A stretch of 64,000 bases of DNA from Amoebidium appalachense (Eukaryota > Protista > Ichthyosporea). A model generated the notes under the pieces. It was given only the letters and a program-made list of their open reading frames with translations, searched no databases and was not told the DNA's origin. Where the stretch lies: NCBI GenBank assembly GCA_963693365.1, contig CAVNZM010000003.1, forward strand, positions 13,982,914 to 14,046,913, read 5' to 3'. Position 1 is the first letter of the stretch, and every line of letters starts with the position of its first letter. The position numbers and the translations under genes are program-made. Positions 61,259-64,000 of this stretch are shown here, in pieces.

Positions 61259-62481
61259 CACGCGAACGGTTGGATTTGGGTTTGGGGGTTTTCTTTTTCT
61301 TTTTTTTTTTTTTTTTTTGGTGGGCTGGTGGGTGGGTGGGTTGGAGGGGGGGGGGTTACTTCTCACTTGCACACACTTGAAACGCTTGCTTGCGATCGAT
61401 TTTGATTTTAGATCACAAATTCTCTCTCTCTCGTATCCTATGTCTTCAACATACGTATGTGCATCTAACTTGCAAATGTCCACGTTTCATATATCATGGA
61501 CAGTTTAACCTACGGTAACATGTATACACACACGGGGCAAAAAAAAAAAAAAAAGTACTCTGAGTTTACGTATACCACTGCCTAACCTACGGTAACATGA
61601 TCACACCTGGGGGAAAAAAAAAAGAGTACTCGTACGTAAACGGACTTCACGTATAGCACAGGCACTCACAAACACTATCTCGCCCTCCCACACGTAGCTA
61701 AATACAACCATTTATGATAGGCTTTGGTTTCGAACTGAAATACTAACCTCAATATCTACAATATACATTCGTTGGGTTCCCACAACAATCGACATCCCGT
61801 CTAATCCTAATAATTCTCGCACCTCGTCCAATCAGAAAAGCCCGTTAAAAGCCCTAAAAGACAGTCTCAAAAGCCGAAGTACAAGACAAAAGCACCCAAA
61901 GAAAGTGTAATGATAGGCTTAACAGTAGGAAAACTGAGGAGAAGGGAGCCGTAAATGGGAATTGGCGGCCAGTGAATATGGGGAGAACTTAAATTGAATG
62001 TAAGATACAAAATAGGGGAAATCGAGCTTTGTGCGAAAAAATGTAGCGCCGGTGGGTTCATACCATAGTACGTGTGTGTGTGCGTAGGTGTACGTGTGTA
62101 CGGAACGAATGTGTGTGTTTGTGTGTGTGTGCGTGCATGTGCGTGTGTGTGGTTGTATGTGTTAGTATTATGACAAGTGTAATGCAAATGTATAACATTT
62201 GGAGCCCGTACTTGTTCATGTTCAGAACGTGTGCTAGGAAAGGTCACACAGTGGCTTTGCGTGTGTGTGTGTGTGTGTTTGGGGGGGGGGGGAGCCCACT
62301 CAATCACATGACTAGGGTCAAACAACAAAAGACAGCGACCCCCTCCCTAACGCCTGTAGAAAAAAAACAAAAAGAACACGTAGTGCCTAAACAGGACCAA
62401 ACCCGACACAACACACAGTACACACCACCGTACACCCCCATCTCCTTCGAAAGACATCCCACCCTCAAAAAACGACCACCA

Positions 62482-63447
62482 CTACCAAGTCAAAACCGCC
62501 GAATACGCAGGGGGAAAATCAGACAACACCTCATGATAGGAAGGGATCGGGTCCGTCTCGGGTGGCTCATACGCGGGCGGCCTACCCAGCGGCATGTAGT
62601 CGTTTCTAGAAAACACCAACGGCGCGACGCTCTGAACAATCGCCGTCTCCCTAGCAACGGCCCTAAGCATGATTCTCTGACGCACGCATCGTAGGTTAAC
62701 CTTTGCGTGGCGATACGCGGCCATGACTTTACGTTCACGTTCCACCACTTCATCCAACCTGATCTCCAACCACACCGACGTTTCTCGGAGCGCCGCGTAC
62801 GCGTCCTCCGCGATACTCCCGAATTTTCCGCGCATGGAAAGGATCCCCCCCAACCCCTGCGCCAGCTGCCGTATCTTCTGGCTGTCGGGGAGCGGGGGCG
62901 CTTCCACAGGGAAACTTTTCGCCGCGGATTCCACCTCGTCAGCAACGTAATTCAATTCCCGCGCCACGTTCTTCACAATGTTTCCCGGTGCCAACTCCGT
63001 TATCTTCAAAGATTTACACAGCACGTGTATCGTCTGCAATGCGTTCTGAACGTGTCGCCGGCACCGTTTCAATACCATTTTTTCTTCGTACGCCTCCTCC
63101 CTGTGCGGTTTCAACTCCCGAACCTCCTCCTGAAGCCTTTTTTCCGCTTCGTCGCCGGGGCCGTCGGGTACGCCAAACACCGCCTTGAGAAGCTGTCTCT
63201 GGCTCTTTCTGGCACTTTCCAAAAGCGTCTCCTGATCTGCGAGAGCCTCCAAAGTAGCTTCTAGTTCCACACGCCTCGCTGCAAGAGCGTTTACTTGTTC
63301 TCTTTTTGCTGCAACGAGCTGTGATGTAGGCGACGACATAACCTGTGTTACTGTTTTCCCACCGCTGCCTCGCGCTCCGCCGCTCCCACGCGCTTTGGAA
63401 AACATGGACTTGGCACTGCTTGGCTTGGGGAATACTGGGTTGGCGGT
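62482..63447 (-). CDS. Last exon of an uncharacterised coiled-coil protein with C-terminal PPxY motifs; upstream exons lie at or beyond the window end
   Basis: Acceptor TTTTCCCCATAG at 63448, in frame with the 307-aa ORF; heptad-rich helices; tail RPPAYEPP..IPSYHEV..FPPAYSAVLTW*; possible upstream donor near 63944. Confidence 0.75.
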   Translation of the reverse strand, partial: TANPVFPKPSSAKSMFSKARGSGGARGSGGKTVTQVMSSPTSQLVAAKREQVNALAARRVELEATLEALADQETLLESARKSQRQLLKAVFGVPDGPGDEAEKRLQEEVRELKPHREEAYEEKMVLKRCRRHVQNALQTIHVLCKSLKITELAPGNIVKNVARELNYVADEVESAAKSFPVEAPPLPDSQKIRQLAQGLGGILSMRGKFGSIAEDAYAALRETSVWLEIRLDEVVERERKVMAAYRHAKVNLRCVRQRIMLRAVARETAIVQSVAPLVFSRNDYMPLGRPPAYEPPETDPIPSYHEVLSDFPPAYSAVLTW

Positions 63448-63635
63448 CTATGGGGAAAAAAGTTACTTGTTAGTAGGAGGTATATGTGGGAATGTGTGTG
63501 AACATGCTTGCTAGCGTGGTGCGATGGAACCCTAAATCGGTACGAGAAAAGAAAAAGGGAATGCGTGCCGGGGGAGGGGGGAGGGGGGGGTGGGGGGGGG
63601 GGAGGAAGGGACGGGGGGAGGGGGGGGGGGGGGGG

Positions 63636-63717
<82 letters not shown>

Positions 63718-63844
63718 GGGATACGGGGGGGGAGGGGGGAAGGAGGAGGAGGAAGGGAAAGAGGGGGGGGGGGGGGGGGGGGAGAGAGAGAGAGAGGCTT
63801 AGGCCTATGGTATGTTTTCAGGGGACAGTCTACTATGAAGCGAT

Positions 63845-63882
<38 letters not shown>

Positions 63883-64000
63883 TGTGTAGAGGTTGGGGGA
63901 AGCGCATGAATGTCCGTGTGCGGTTTGCGTGTGCGCGCGTATACCTGGATACGAACATGCCCGGGCGTGTAATTGTGCGTGTGTACTTTAGACGCTACAC

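Noticed and set aside
57500-62400. Possible gene between UHRF1 and the coiled-coil gene
   Set aside because: Only short unique fragments between SSRs, with no recognisable motif or consistent exon chain
62490-63264. Overlapping and antisense ORFs (62490-62945 minus, 62707-63264 plus; likewise 29102-29638 minus)
   Set aside because: Shadow frames of GC-rich real exons

Overview
Intron-rich eukaryotic DNA dominated by (CA)n/(GT)n, (CT)n and poly-C/poly-G tracts, which make most of the ORF track spurious. Splicing by hand (GT-AG, phases checked) gives these genes in order: (1) the 3' part of a probable single-pass membrane protein; (2) ceramide kinase, 4 exons; (3) a p24/TMED cargo receptor, 5 exons; (4, 5) a head-to-head pair of secreted subtilisin-like (S8A) paralogues; (6) an 85-aa orphan ORF; (7) a 20-exon UHRF1-like gene (UBL, Tudor-like, PHD, SRA, RING); (8) the last exon of a coiled-coil protein with PPxY motifs. 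The most striking item is the subtilisin pair. One gene has an intact D/H/S triad. The other is an intact, spliceable gene in which all three triad residues and the oxyanion Asn are replaced. The two share a C-terminal 4-Cys module and a 1.5-kb bidirectional promoter. Non-coding highlights are an 8-copy SINE-like repeat with C-rich tails, a helically phased motif array next to a perfect 32-bp palindrome, and many ghost duplications of splice junctions. An animal-type UHRF1 alongside proteinase-K-like subtilisins suggests a non-animal opisthokont such as an ichthyosporean, but this is inference only.
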